A stretch of DNA of 63,888 nucleotides, filler included, from Reclinomonas americana ATCC 50394 (taxonomy: Eukaryota): NCBI GenBank assembly GCA_048213135.1. It is 6 parts of 5 records of this genome, joined end to end, with 100 filler letters (N's around TTAATTAATTAA, not from the genome) between each part and the next. Parts side by side here need not be neighbours in the genome. Positions count along the whole stretch, not along the records: positions 13,096 to 21,789 come from PS015580.1; positions 21,890 to 40,750 come from PS015581.1; 4 more parts are not named here. The stretch is one strand, 5' to 3'. The notes below the pieces were generated by a model that was not told the origin of the DNA, did not search any database, and was given only the letters and a program-made list of their open reading frames with translations. The translations under genes were made by a program, and so were the position numbers. Shown piece by piece: positions 18,362 to 31,419 of the stretch (positions are counted from its first letter, which is position 1; every line of letters begins with the position of its first letter).

Positions 18362-21300
18362 AGTGTTTCTCGATCTCTCTGCATCTTTCGCGCTCTCTTT
18401 TCTTCGGTGCCTCGCACGATGAACGCAAACGATCCGAGGACCTCTGTGTTCAACTGCACGTTGTGAATCACTTCGTTTCACAATCTCCTTCTCCCTCCCC
18501 TTGTTTTCTGTCTCCACGCGCATATATCATTGTGTTCTATCCCACGGCATGCTCACGACATTTCTCACTCTCTTACATGCACAGCGCCGCAGCAGTGCGA
18601 GCAGCAACGGACCGAGTCAGGCCGAACTGAAGCAGTTTGAGAGCAAGCTCAGTGCTTCACTGCTAGGAGACACCCTCACCGAGTACATGAAGGATCGCGC
18701 TCCTCCACCGGCGGCTGCTCGGTGAGTATGGGGAGGGACATCAATGACTGTTGAGAATTTGAATTGGCAAGGGTTGCTGCGAGGGTTTGTTGAGTCAGTG
18801 TGCCGCATACGTGGTGCGTGCGCTGTATTCTTCGTGCTGTTGCTGCCCTTTAGCAGAGATGCAAGAGCGCATAACGTCGATGCTTCGTGGATCTGGGGTG
18901 TTTGCGAATTCCTTCCACGCCGTCTCTCTCCTTCGTCTTCGCGCTTCTCTTTCTCTGTCTGTGTGTGTGTATTTTGCATTTGTAGATCTATTCTCTCACA
19001 CAGATGTCTTGTCCTCTTTCACACCACTCCGCATGATTTTATTGATATTACATATCCTCTCTCCTTCCCTCGCCCTCATCCTCTCGCTTCCCCTCCGTTC
19101 CCCTCCCTTTCCCTCCTTTCTCTCCCTTCCCCTCCGTTCCCCTCCCTTCTCCTACCTTCCCCTCCCTTCCCCTCCCTTCCCCTCCTTCCCTCTCCNNNNN
19201 NNNNNNNNNNNNNNNNNNNNNNNNNNNNNNNNNNNNNNNNNNNNNNNNNNNNNNNNNNNNNNNNNNNNNNNNNNNNNNNNNNNNNNNNNNNNNNNNNNNN
19301 NNNNNNNNNNNNNNNNNNNNNNNNNNNNNNNNNNNNNNNNNNNNNNNNNAGTTGCGCAATAGAGACGGAGTGCAAGTGTTTTGTGCCAACTCGCTCACTC
19401 TCTGGTCACAGTACGAGAGCGGTGGCCGTGCACAGCAACCGCGCAGACCAACTCGCATTCCACAACCACCGCGCCGCAATTCGGCGACCCCCACCGACAT
19501 GGGTGAGTCACCGTCCGGCGTCAAGTCCGCGCGCTCGAACGACACGTCGCCGCGCTCCATTGCCGGCTTTAATGCTCCACCGCCATCGCACAAGCACACG
19601 CGCACCAACAGTCGACTGGTGAGTCTTGAAGTGTTCTTGTTAGAGAACGGGAGTAAGAACTGATAAGTTTTGTGTTGTGTTTCTCTCTCTTTCTCTCCCT
19701 CTTCCCCACGTCCCCTCTTCCCCTCTTCCCTCTCTCTTTCCTCTTCTCCCTCTTCCCCCTTCCCCTTCCCCTTCCACCAGTCTACCGACGGCGACGGCGG
19801 TGCAAACCCTCTGCGCTACGAAGACGACGAGTCGGCCATTCAGCGACCACCGCGCGTGCCAGCCGATCGCACACAGTCGACAGTGGTGAGTGCGATGAGA
19901 ATAGCAGTGTGCGTGCTGTGTCTCACTTCCTTTGATTACGTGCAGGGCTCGAGCGACAAGGAGCGACGGCTAAAGGCCAGCGATGCTGCGAAGGACTACG
20001 CCGAGAAGAAGCGCTTGGCGTTGGAGCGGGCGGCCAAGTTGCATGCTGAGCGGAAGAAGGGACGTCATGCAGACGGTAATTTTGAAGGCAGACTTGGCAA
20101 ATTTTGGCTGCGTTGTAACTTTGTGTTTGCAGCGGAACCAGATGAACCAGTCATGAGCTCACAGCGTGCACCACCGCGCGAGATTGCACAGCCGACTGCT
20201 CCGTCACCACCAGTTGCGACGACTTTATTTATTCCTTGCTGTCGTTGATATTCATGTGTGCTGCAGCCACAACGACCCGACACTGATCGCTGGTCGCCAC
20301 CGCCATCACCTCCGCGACGCAACCAAGGCGCACAACAGCCAGCTCGCCGCCAGCGGGAACCGCCACCACAACAGCAAAGAGTACGTGAGATGATGGGAAG
20401 AGTTCTGAATTGTCCTGCCGCTCTCGCTGCGCTTCTTCCTTCGTTTTTCTCTCGTTGCATGTTCACTTTCGACCTTGTCGATTGCATGACCTCCTCCGTC
20501 CCCGTTTTCCTTCCCCCTTTTCCTTCCCCCTTTTCCTTCCCCTTCCCCTTCCCCTTCCCCTTCCCCCTTCCCCTTCCCCCTTCCCCCCTGTTCCTTCCCC
20601 CCTGTTCCTTCCCCCTGTTCCTTTCCCCCCTTTCCTTCTCCCTTCTCTTTCCCCCGTTCCTTCCCCCNNNNNNNNNNNNNNNNNNNNNNNNNNNNNNNNN
20701 NNNNNNNNNNNNNNNNNNNNNNNNNNNNNNNNNNNNNNNNNNNNNNNNNNNNNNNNNNNNNNNNNNNNNNNNNNNNNNNNNNNNNNNNNNNNNNNNNNNN
20801 NNNNNNNNNNNNNNNNNNNNNNNNNNNNNNNNNNNNNNNNNNNNNNNNNNNNNNNNNNNNNNNNNNNNNNNNNNNNNNNNNNNNNNNNNNNNNNNNNNNN
20901 NNNNNNNNNNNNNNNNNNNNNNNNNNNNNNNNNNNNNNNNNNNNNNNNNNNNNNNNNNNNNNNNNNNNNNNNNNNNNNNNNNNNNNNNNNNNNNNNNNNN
21001 NNNNNNNNNNNNNNNNNNNNNNNNNNNNNNNNNNNNNNNNNNNNNNTGGCGCCTACCGCAAGCAGTTCCACCCCGGCGGCGCTCCCCCGCAGCGTCAGCA
21101 GCAGCAACCTGGTGGGTAGACGATTGTTTGATCCGTTTCCTCTCCTTCTCATTCATATCCCTCGCGACACAGCATCCCGCAACGACCGCCGCGTCCCCTC
21201 CCCGCAATACGACGACGAAGAGGAGGATGTGTACGAGCCGCCACCACCACGGAGCAATGGGCCGGCGCGTGGCGGCAGTGGTCGAGGTTATGCTGCTGCA

Positions 21301-23342
21301 GCTAACCGCGACTATCAGGACGAGGACGACGCACCGCCGCCGCCACAACCACAACGTCGCGGTCCTCCGCCACAGCAGCAAAAGTCCGCTGGCGCACAGC
21401 GCTCCAATCGCGTGGCGGCACAGGAGGAGGAGGAGCCGCCGCCTGCGCGCGAACGGCAACCTCCGCAAGCCTCTCGTGGCATGTCGTTTGACGATATGCC
21501 AGTTGGCGGTGGCGGTGGCGGTGGCGGTGGTGGAGGTCGCGCACCATCTGCGGCATTTGATGACATGCCAGTTGGTGGTGGCGGAGGAGGAGCAGGAGGA
21601 GCGGCGGTTGCTGGACCGAGGAGGAATGGCTCTGCATCACGACCCAAGGTGATTACAACCGGACTCCGTGGTTATCCATCCACTCCCTTTCCTCACATCA
21701 TCACGCAGATCCCACAGCGACCTCCATGGAACGACGGTGACGCGCAGGCTGGCGATGAAGACGAGGGATACGACCAGGCCCCTCCTCCANNNNNNNNNNN
21801 NNNNNNNNNNNNNNNNNNNNNNNNNNNNNNNNNTTAATTAATTAANNNNNNNNNNNNNNNNNNNNNNNNNNNNNNNNNNNNNNNNNNNNAGAGAGAGAGG
21901 AACGACAGAAACGAACGGGAGGGAGTGAGGAACGACAGAGACGAACGGAGAGAGTGAGGAACGACAGAGACGAACGGAGAGAGTGAGGAACGACAGAGAC
22001 GAACGGAGAGAGTGAGGAACGACAGAGACGAACGGAGAGAGTGAGGAACGACAGAGACGAACGGGAGAGAGTGAGGAACGACAGAGACGAACGGAGAGAG
22101 TGAGGAACGACAGAGACGAACGGAGAGAGTGAGGAACGACAGAGACGAACGGAGAGAGTGAGGAACGACAGAGACGAACGGAGAGAGTGAGGAACGACAG
22201 AGACGAACGGAGAGAGTGAGGAACGACAGAGACGAATTGGAGAGAGGAGCGCTGTGAGTTTTCTGTGATCTTAATTCCGCTGTGTCGCTTATTGGCTTTG
22301 TGGGCAGGCTGCAAACTCGAAACGCAAGGTGTTCAACTCTGCCGCTGCCCGAGTGGAGGGCACTGAACTGGCACAGTTTGTTCAAGGCAGTGCGGGTGGT
22401 GCTGGTGGTGGACGGTGAGCCTTCCTTCGCATCAACTGCGATTGATACTCGATGTCTCATCTGTTATTGTCGTACGCGTAGTGGCAAGCGCGGAGCGCCT
22501 GCAGCAGCTGCGGCTGCAGGTGGGGGGCGTGGTGGTGCTGGTGGTGGCAAGGGTGGAAATACAGAGCAGGCGTTGGTGAGTTGCTGATTGAGTCCCTTAC
22601 TGCCTCTCCTTGCCTGCCCTTTCTGTTTTCTGCCGCGTTCACACTTTCCCTTCTCTCGTCTCGTCCGATCCTCTTGTCTCTTCTCTTTTCTCTTCTCTTC
22701 CTGTTTTACCTCTTCAATTCATTTCTCTCCTTTCCTCTCGATTCTTTGCTTCTCTTCAAGCTATTATTTTTCTTGTCTCTTCTTCTTCTCTTCTTTTTTC
22801 TCTGTTTTCTTTGTTCTCTCATCTCATCTTATCTCTTCTCCCTTCTCTTCTCTTCTCCTCTCTCTTCTCTCCTGCCCTCATCTGAACTTTCTTATCTCTC
22901 CTCCCCTCCCCTCCCCTCGCCTCCCCTTCCCTTGTTCCCCTTCTCCCCCTTCCCCCTTCCTTTCCTCCCCTCTTCACTCATCCTCCCTTCCACCCCTTTC
23001 CCCTTCCGGCAGCCCAAGAAATCCAAATGGAAGCAACAACGCGACCAACTACGCGCCGCCATGCAAGCTGCTCGCGGCTACGAAGATGCCAAGCGGCGTG
23101 GAGTGGACCCGCCGCCACCACCTCCCCCCGTCGACGACGACCGCGTGCAGTGTCCGCACTGCCAGCGCAAGTTTGGCAGCGATGCCGCCGAGCGACACAT
23201 TCCCATTTGTGCGAACAAGTCGAAGCGCATGCCGAATCGTCCGGGTGGTGGTGGGGGTGGTGGTGCGTCGTCGTCGTCGTCGAGTGGGGCGACGGCGGGC
23301 GGGCGGGGAGCGGGTGCGGCGCGAGCTGGTGCCAGGCGGTGA
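17008..23342 (+). CDS. Low-complexity protein with C-terminal C2HC zinc finger (ZC2HC1/FAM164-like)
   Basis: First exon ~17008-17319, then multiple Pro/Gln/Gly-rich exons. Last exon 23013-23342 reads KKSKWKQQRDQLRAAM...VQCPHCQRKFGSDAAERHIPIC, typical of the zf-C2HC_2 family. The span crosses gaps, so it may not be a single gene. Confidence 0.7.
17640..18070. repeat. Intronic ~180 bp tandem repeat, about 2.5 copies
   Basis: Repeated ttctccacttca.gctc...cagtctgtgtgtgttccctcaaagt and aagcagaagacaagaag blocks. Confidence 0.7.
21890..22240. repeat. 29-bp minisatellite, about 12 copies
   Basis: The unit gagagagtgaggaacgacagagacgaacg repeats head to tail with no spacers. Confidence 0.93.
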
Positions 23343-23503
23343 CGTGAGTTATAATGTAACGAGTATATTTGTGTGTGAGAGGGAGGAGGGATAGGAGGTG
23401 AGGTTTTGGTGCAGCAAGGACACGGACAAGGGAAACTGCGATGGCTGAACGGAGCTGGCAACAGTAGATAACCAGAATCAGACACACAACCCCTGCATTC
23501 ATC

Positions 23504-26279
23504 TCACAGTTCCAGTGCGAACTGCCCACAAGCCTCACGCAGCGCGCGCATCACATCTAGCACCTCCTGCGATGTTGGCCGATCCCGCCGCATGCTCATG
23601 CACCGCATGCCGAGCTCGAACATCGGTTCGGCAATGCGTGGCGTCCACTCTGCCCCCCTGTCCACCAACTCCATCACGCGCAGCGAGGCGGCGGAGCGAT
23701 CCCAATCCACAGACCAATCCACCACCGTGGCCACAGGCTTGCCTGTGACCAGCTGCACTAGCACAATGCCCACGCTGTACACGTCGTGCTCTGGGTGAGG
23801 ACGGCGCACTCGCATCGCCATGGGGTCCATGTAGTCCAGAGTACCGGCGGCGGTGGTCGTCTGTGTGATGGGAGAGAGTGAGAGAGAACGAAGGACGACA
23901 GAGAAGGAAATACAACAAACCTTGCCATCTGCAATCGACCGCGCGATGCCAAAGTCACCGAGACACGGCTCCAGTCGGTGATCGAGGAGCACATTGGAGG
24001 GCTTGATGTCGCGGTGCACCACATTGTTCTACGAGGGAGGTAAGTGAGGCAAGGAACTAAGCATAATACACAACAGCGAAAAAGGAGAAAGTGAGAGAGA
24101 CTTGAAGAGAGACAAGAACAGCACGAGAGCGACAGGGAGAGAGAAGAGAAAAAGGGCAAGAACATACAAGCAAGGGCTACTCGGAGAAAGAGAACACGTG
24201 AGAGTGGGAGAGACAACAACAGCGAAAGAGTGACGAGGAGAGAAGAGGAAGAGAGTGCAGAACTGAGATCTCGAGTGACGGAGAGGGTGAATGGGAGATG
24301 GAGGATGGTATCCACATCGCACAAACCTTGTGCAAGAACACCACGGCCTCGGCCAGTCCGAGACCAATCTGCACACGCTGCACGACAGAGAGTGGTGCAC
24401 GACCGGCGCGTGGGATACGCAATAGATCCTCCAGGTTGGGAATTCTGAGTGCTTTCAAAGTGAGATGATAATGGAGAAGAGAAAGAAGGAGAGAGAGATA
24501 TGGAACACGCACTGCAGGGCCTTGTACACCAGACAGCGTGCCTTGTCGTCGCCCACCGAGTAACCGACAAGAGGCACAATGCGACGGTCACGCAGACGAC
24601 CGAGGGTGGCCACCTGGGAGATGGGACGAAGGATGAGGAGCGAGAGAGAGAGAGAGAGAAGAAACAGAGACGCAGACCTCACTCTCAAACGACTCCATCG
24701 TCCATGGTGCGGTGGGGTCGAGCACCTTGATGGCCACGTGCATCTCACGAAGCAGAGTGATGAAGACGGCGCCTTGGCCACCCTCGCCGACCTTGAGGCG
24801 CGGGGAGAATGAGTTGGTGGCCTGCACAATCTCGGGCCACTCGAAGCGCTGCACAGCAGTGTCGACTGCAGAGGGTGTGATGGGGAAGTCAGAAATGTGC
24901 GAGAATGAAGGACGTTAAACACTGATATGAGGAAAGAAAGAGGGCAAGAGACAGACCTTGGGTGAGGAGGAGATCCTGTCGCAGCTGGGAGACGAGTTGA
25001 TCCTTCTCGTGCAGCTGCGCGGTGAGATCGTCCTTGTCGCGCAGAGCTGCGGTCAGCTGAGCCTGCAGTTGGCCATGAGCTTGCTGCCATTCCGTGTTGG
25101 CTTGTTGCAATTGAGCACTCCTCTGCTGCTCGCTGGCATGCGCTCGTTGCCATTCACCGACCGCCTGCTGCAGCTGCGCATTTTTCTGCTGCTCCTCGGC
25201 CCTCCCCTGTTCGAGCACTTCGTTGGCTTGCTGCAGCTGAGCGACAATGCCCTCATACTCTCGTCTCTGCCGATTCCACTCCCGCTGCTGCTGCTCTCGC
25301 TCCTGCTGCGCGGCGGCAAGATCGCGCTGCAGTTGCGCAAGGAGTGCGTCCTTGTCGGCGAGCTGGCGTGCGACGGTGGGATCATCAACAGCCGCCTGCA
25401 ATTTATGAGAGCGCGAGAGCGACACGGAACGGATGTGAGAAGTGAGTTTCATGAGCAACAAAAAGCAGAGAGTGACACTCTCCGTCTCACCTGGCGTGCC
25501 GGCACTGTATATTCGCCAGGAACGACACACACAAGGACAAACCACAGGTGGTGGAGTGTGAGCACGAACACAACATGCCAACAGACATAATAGAGTTCAT
25601 ACCTGCAGGAGGCGGGGATCGCGCCTGCTGTTGTTGTTGCTGTTGGCGTGGTGGTGCTCGTTGCACAGCGAGGCGGTCGAGCAAGTCGGCCACTTGGTGT
25701 TTGCCTGCGTCGCGTGCCCACTGAGCCGCCGTCTGGCCCTTCTTGTCGACCATGGGAATGAGGTCAGGGAAGCGAGTGGCGAGGAGTCGCACAATAGCTT
25801 CGTGGCCTTGAAAGGCAGCATAATGCAGTGCAGTGGACTGTGGATTGAAGTCGCTGTCATTGGTGACCGCCCGCACCATCTCCGGCGGACATCGTCGCTC
25901 ATCGGCCAGCAACCACTCCACCACTTGCAGATGCCCATTGATGGCAGCAATCATCAGTGGCGTCCCGCCTCCGTCGTCGACCATTTGTGCGAGTTGCGAC
26001 CCGACACCCCTCTCCTCCCACAAATACTCCAACACAGAGAGATGGCCTTTCTGAGCGGCATAGTAAAATGCCGAGCCGCCATCCAATCCCATCTCCTCTC
26101 TCTTCAGCAGAGTCTGTGCGCCCTCACGCGCCACCAACTCGCGCAGTGCCTTCACATCACCCTTCTCCGCCATCTGCCATGCTTTCTTCCGACGAGCACT
26201 GCCGCCAAAGAGGCAAAAGCAGAAGCGCGAGTGAGAGTGAGCGAGATAAGCCACCTGACAACATCACAGCGCACCTCAT
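23504..26279 (-). CDS. Ankyrin-coiled coil-IRAK/RLK-like kinase, copy 3
   Basis: ATGAG at 26275-26279. Ankyrin, coiled-coil and kinase exons are complete (HRDIKPSNVLL, DFG, GTLDYMDP). Stop at 23504. Confidence 0.92.
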
Positions 26280-26307
26280 TTTTCTTGAGAGAAAACAACA
26301 GCTGCAG

Positions 26308-26352
<45 letters not shown>

Positions 26353-27877
26353 CTCACACACTGCGCGACAGGCCGCGACAGCCTTTTTTCCGAGTGTCCT
26401 GCAGTGTCAATGGCGGACAAGATAATTGCACGACCTGCGATGACTCGCAAAAGAAGAGCATATGGAGCTAGGATACGTTAATACCCTGTTCGCCGACACA
26501 GGTTTTCTGCAAGTTGCAAGCCAGCAGCACGACGATCTCTTCCGCTCAGGCTCCACTTCGGCTGCACGACTGTCGACGTCGTGGCTTCATCTCAAAGCTC
26601 CGCCCGCCGTCGGTTGATCGGCCTTGATCGTTTTCGGCTGCTGTGTGACTGCGAGCTCCAACTCCCAGGCGGTGTCCACAGGACTTGGGCAGTATTTCGT
26701 TGATCATTTCGTTTCGCCCATCACGCAAGACCGAGAGAGGGAGCAACGTGCTGATTACGGCACGCACTCATGGCATTGGTGCTTCGCATTACGCCACTCG
26801 CGCTCATCGAGGAGTACATCAATCGCGGAGAGATCAACACATGGACTTTCTGGGGTCAGCTCGTGAAGGTGTGTCGAACGGGTCTGATCTAGATGTGGCC
26901 GTGTCTCACAGCCCCAAGTAGGAGGCCTGCGAGTCTTCTGACCGTTTGCTTGCACACCACTACTTCGAACTGTACTGCGAGAACATGGAGAAGGGCGTGT
27001 GTAATGTGTTGTGTTGTGCCTTGCTCTCTTTCTCTCTCTGTGTGCTGATACAGTGCGCGCAGACTCGGCTTGCCAGACGCTGGGGGCCTTGGCAGAAACT
27101 CGCGTAGGTGGGAGCGTGTTCCGCCGCCACCTGCTGAGCTCTTCGCGACACCAGCGGCGGCTGGGTTCGGGGAACGGCTCACAGGAGGATCGAGAATGTG
27201 GAGCCTCGTACTCGAGCGACGATGCCTGCGTGGCCGTGCGACGCACCGACATTGCTCGCGAGTTGGGCCCCATGCCGCGGAGGAGGAGACGTGGCCAGAA
27301 GCAGACGTCCGCATCGTCACTTTGTTCTCACCATTGACGTATCTTGCACAGGAGGAATGAACATGTCTCTGCTTCTCTGTGTACTCTGATGATGATAGAC
27401 GGCGGCGCGTTCAGTCGTGTCTGGGTGGAGATCTTAAACGACTGTGACGAGAGAGAGTGACTTGAGTAACCAGCAAAAGTCTAGAGATTCACAACAACAG
27501 TCGCGCCAGAGAGAGAGAGACCAGAGAGAATCACCACGACAGGCCAACCAGAGAAAGGTAGAGCACAGTCACCAGGGAGAGTCATTGTGTGCGTATGTAA
27601 CCAAGAGTGCAAAGTGCAAACAAAGGTACAAGGGTCCCTTTAAGTTAACACAAACACCAGTCTTGAGGGCAGCGGCAGGCTTTCGCTCACGGAAAGCCTC
27701 ATCACGTAAACACGATCCATTTCTCCCTGACGTGTGCCAGCTGCATATAGTCAGCACGATGTTTCCACACGATCCCAAGCCCCACGTTGGAGCTGCACGT
27801 TGGCAGATATTGTCCAACAGCATTACAACGTTGACCGAAAGGCAGACTGCCATTGGCTCAATTCACTTACTTTGATC

Positions 27878-30666
27878 TCAGAGCTCCAGCGTAAACTGCC
27901 CACATGCCTCACGCAGTGCGCGCATCACATCGAGCACCTCCTGCGCCGTCGGTCGATCACGTCGCATGCTCATGCATCGCATGCCGAGCTCGAACATGGG
28001 TTCAGCGATGCGCGGAGTCCACTCTGCCCCCCTGTCCACCAATTCCATCGGGCGCAGCGATGCAGCCGATCGATCCCAATCCACAGACCAATCCACGACG
28101 GTGGCCACAGGCTTGGCGGTGACCAGCTGCACCAGCACAATGCCCACGCTGTAAACGTCGTGCTCTGGGTGTGGACGGCGCACGCGCATCGCCATGGGGT
28201 CCATGTAGTCCAGCGTGCCGGCGGCGGTGGTTGTCTATGAGAGGAGGAAGTGAGATAGCGTAGAAGAGAGAGGAGAAGGGAAGCCAACAAACTTTGCCAT
28301 CTGCAATCGACCGCGCAATGCCAAAGTCACCGAGACATGGCTCCAGTCGGTGATCTAGGAGCACATTGGAGGGCTTGATGTCGCGGTGTACCACGTTGTT
28401 CTGCAAGGAGAGGTGAGTGAGGCGAGGAACAAAGCACAAAAAACAACAGCGAAAAAGGAGAAAGTGAGAGAGACTTGGAGAGCACGAGAGTGACGCAGAG
28501 AGAAGAGAGAAAGGGCAAGAACAGAGAGAGCAATGGCTACTCAGAGAGAGAACACGTGAGAGTGGGAGAGACAAGAACAACGAATGAGTGACGAGGAGAG
28601 AAGAGGTAGAGAGTGCAGAACTGAGAGCTCGAGTGGCGGAGAGGGTGAATGGGAGACGAAGAAAGGCATCCACATCGCACAAACCTTGTGCAAGAACACC
28701 ACAGCCTCGGCCAGTCCGAGACCAATCTGCACGCGCTGTTTGACAGAGAGTGGTGCATGACCGGCGCGCGGCAGCAGCAACAGATCCTCCAGGTTGGGAA
28801 CTCTGTGTGCTTGCACAGTGAGATGATGATGGAGAAGAAAGAAGGAGAAAGAGATGTGGACACGCACTGAAGGGCCTTGTACACGAGACAGCGTGCCTTG
28901 TCGTCACCCACCGAGAAGCCGACAAGAGGCACAATGCGACGATCACGCAGGCGCCCCAGGGTGGCCACCTGCGAGGATGGGAAAGGAAGAATGAGGAAAG
29001 AGAGGGAAGAAACAGGAGAGGGAGAGGCACAGACCTCACTCTCAAATGACTCCAAAGTCCATGGAGCGTCGGGGTCGAGCACCTTGATGGCCACGTGCAT
29101 CTCGCGGAGGAGAGTGATGAAGACGGCACCCTGGCCACCCTCGCCGACCTTGAGGCGTGGTGAGAAAGAGTTGGTGGCGTGCACTATCTCGGGCCACTCG
29201 AAGCGCTGCACGGCGGTGTCGACTGTGGCAGGGGTGATGGGGAAGTGAGACATGGGTGAGATTGAAGGACACGGAACACTAAAACAAATCATCAAGAAAG
29301 AGAGAAAGAGGGCAAGAGACTGACCTTGGGTGAGGAGCAAATCCTGACGCAGCTGAGAGACGAGCTGATTGCTTTCTTGCAACTGCGCGGCGAGGTCGTC
29401 CTTGTCGCGCAGAGCCGCAGTTAGCTGGGCCTGAAGTTGGCCATTGGCTTGTTGCAACTGAGCACTCTTCTGCTGCTCACTGGCATGCGCTCGTTGCCAT
29501 TCACCGACCGCCTGCTGCAGTTGGGCGACCTTGTGCTGTTCCTCAACCTTGGCTCGCTCAAGCTCCGCGGTGGTTCGTTGCAACTGGGCATTTTTCTGCA
29601 GCCCATCGGCATTGGCTCGCTGTAGCTGAGCGACAATGTCCTCGTACTCACGTCGCTGTCGATCCCACTCTCGCTGCTGCTGCTCTCGCTCCTGCTGCGC
29701 TGCGGCAAAATCGCGCTGCAGTTGAGTGTTGAGTGCGTCTTTCTCGGCGAGCTGGCGTGCGACGGTGGGATCATCACCAGCTGACTGTATATTTACAAGA
29801 GAGCGAGGGAGACACGGAACGGATGGGTGAAGTGAGTTTCACGAGCAACAAGAAGCAGAGAGAGTGGCAATCTCCGTCTCACCTGGCGTGCTGGTGCTAT
29901 ATATTCGCCAGGAGCGACACACAAGGACAAACACAGGTGGTGGAGCGTGAGCATGAACACAACTTGCCAACAGAGATAATCGAGGTCATACCTGCTGGAG
30001 GCGGGGATCGCGGCTGCTGTTGTTGCTGTTGGCGTGGTGGTGCTGGTTGCGCAGCGAGGCGGTCGAGCAAGTCGGCCACTTGTTGCTTGCCCCACTCGCG
30101 TGCCCACTGAGCCGCCGTCTTGCCCTTCTTGTTGACCATGGGAATGAGGTCGGGAAAGCGAGTGGCTAGAAGTCGCACAACATCTTCGCGGCCATTCTTG
30201 GCTGCCCAATGCAGTGCAGTGGATTGCGGATTACCGGTACTGTCATTGGTGACCGCCCGCACCATCTCCGGCGGACATCGTCGCTCATCGGCAAGCAACC
30301 ATTCCACCACTTGCAGATGCCCATAGCGGGCAGCAATCATCAGTGGCGTCGAGCCATTGTCGTCGACCATTTGAGCGAGTTGTGGCCCGACACCACTCTC
30401 TTCCCACAAATACTCCAACACAGAGAGATGGCCATAGATTGCGGCATAGTAAAATACCGAGCAGCCATCGGCATCCATCTCCTCTCTCTTCAGCAGAATG
30501 CGTGCACCCTCACGCGCCACCAACTCGCGCAGTGCCTTCACATCCCCTTCATGCGCCATCTCGTATGCTTTCTTCCGACGAGCACTGCCACCAAAGAGGC
30601 AAAAGCAGAAGCGCGAGTGAGAGTGGGAGAGAGAATGCCACCTGACAACATCACAGCGCACCTCAT
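27878..30666 (-). CDS. Ankyrin-coiled coil-IRAK/RLK-like kinase, copy 4
   Basis: ATGAG at 30662-30666. All exons present and in frame. Stop at 27878. Confidence 0.92.
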
Positions 30667-30701
30667 TTTCTTTGAGAGAAAACAACAGCAGCAGCTCTCT
30701 G

Positions 30702-30739
<38 letters not shown>

Positions 30740-30964
30740 GTCTCCACTGCACGACAGCCTTTTTTTCCGAGTGTCCTGTGTCAATGGCGGACAAGGATGG
30801 GCCATGGCCCTCCACGGAGCTTGGAGGGCTGCATCAATCCTGCTTGCCGACACAGATTTCTGCAAGTTGCAAGCCGGCAGCGCGACATTCTCTTCCGCTC
30901 AGGCTCCACTTCGGCTGCACAACTGTCGACGTCGTGGCCATGGCTTAATTTAACGCACTCACCT

Positions 30965-31135
30965 TCATCTCAAAGCTCCGCCGGCGCCCGCACACCTCTC
31001 GCAGTGCACGCATCACATCGCACCTCCTGCGCCGTCTGTTGGCCGCGTCGCACGTTGAGTTCAAACATCGTTCGGCAATGCGTGGCATCCACTATACTCC
31101 ACCGTCGACCAACTCCACGGGGCGCAATGAAGCAG
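30965..31135 (-). pseudogene. Decayed remnant of the kinase terminal exon
   Basis: Similar to 6145-6335 but with indels. A homologous remnant is at 39244-39415 and a trace at ~26586-26620. Confidence 0.75.
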
Positions 31136-31419
31136 TGATGCACCCATCCCCTCCTCCCCTCTCCACTCCATGCAACCATTCCGTGTCCCCCCAACCCCAC
31201 CCCTCTTCCCCCTCTCTCCCCACCTACAAGTATTGCTCGTTCCATTCATTCTCTCCCTCTGTACAAGCTCAACACATTGCAAAATAATAAAAACCCCCAC
31301 GACCACACGTCGGAGAACAAAAACCCCCCAATAAACAAGAAAAAATGTCCAACACCCCCAACTGAGCTGCTGCACACAAAATAAAACCCACACGATCCTA
31401 TAAAATAAACAACAACACG

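Noticed and set aside
21890..22240. 29-bp repeat array as CRISPR
   Set aside because: Units are contiguous with no unique spacers, there are no cas genes, and the array lies in a eukaryotic intron.
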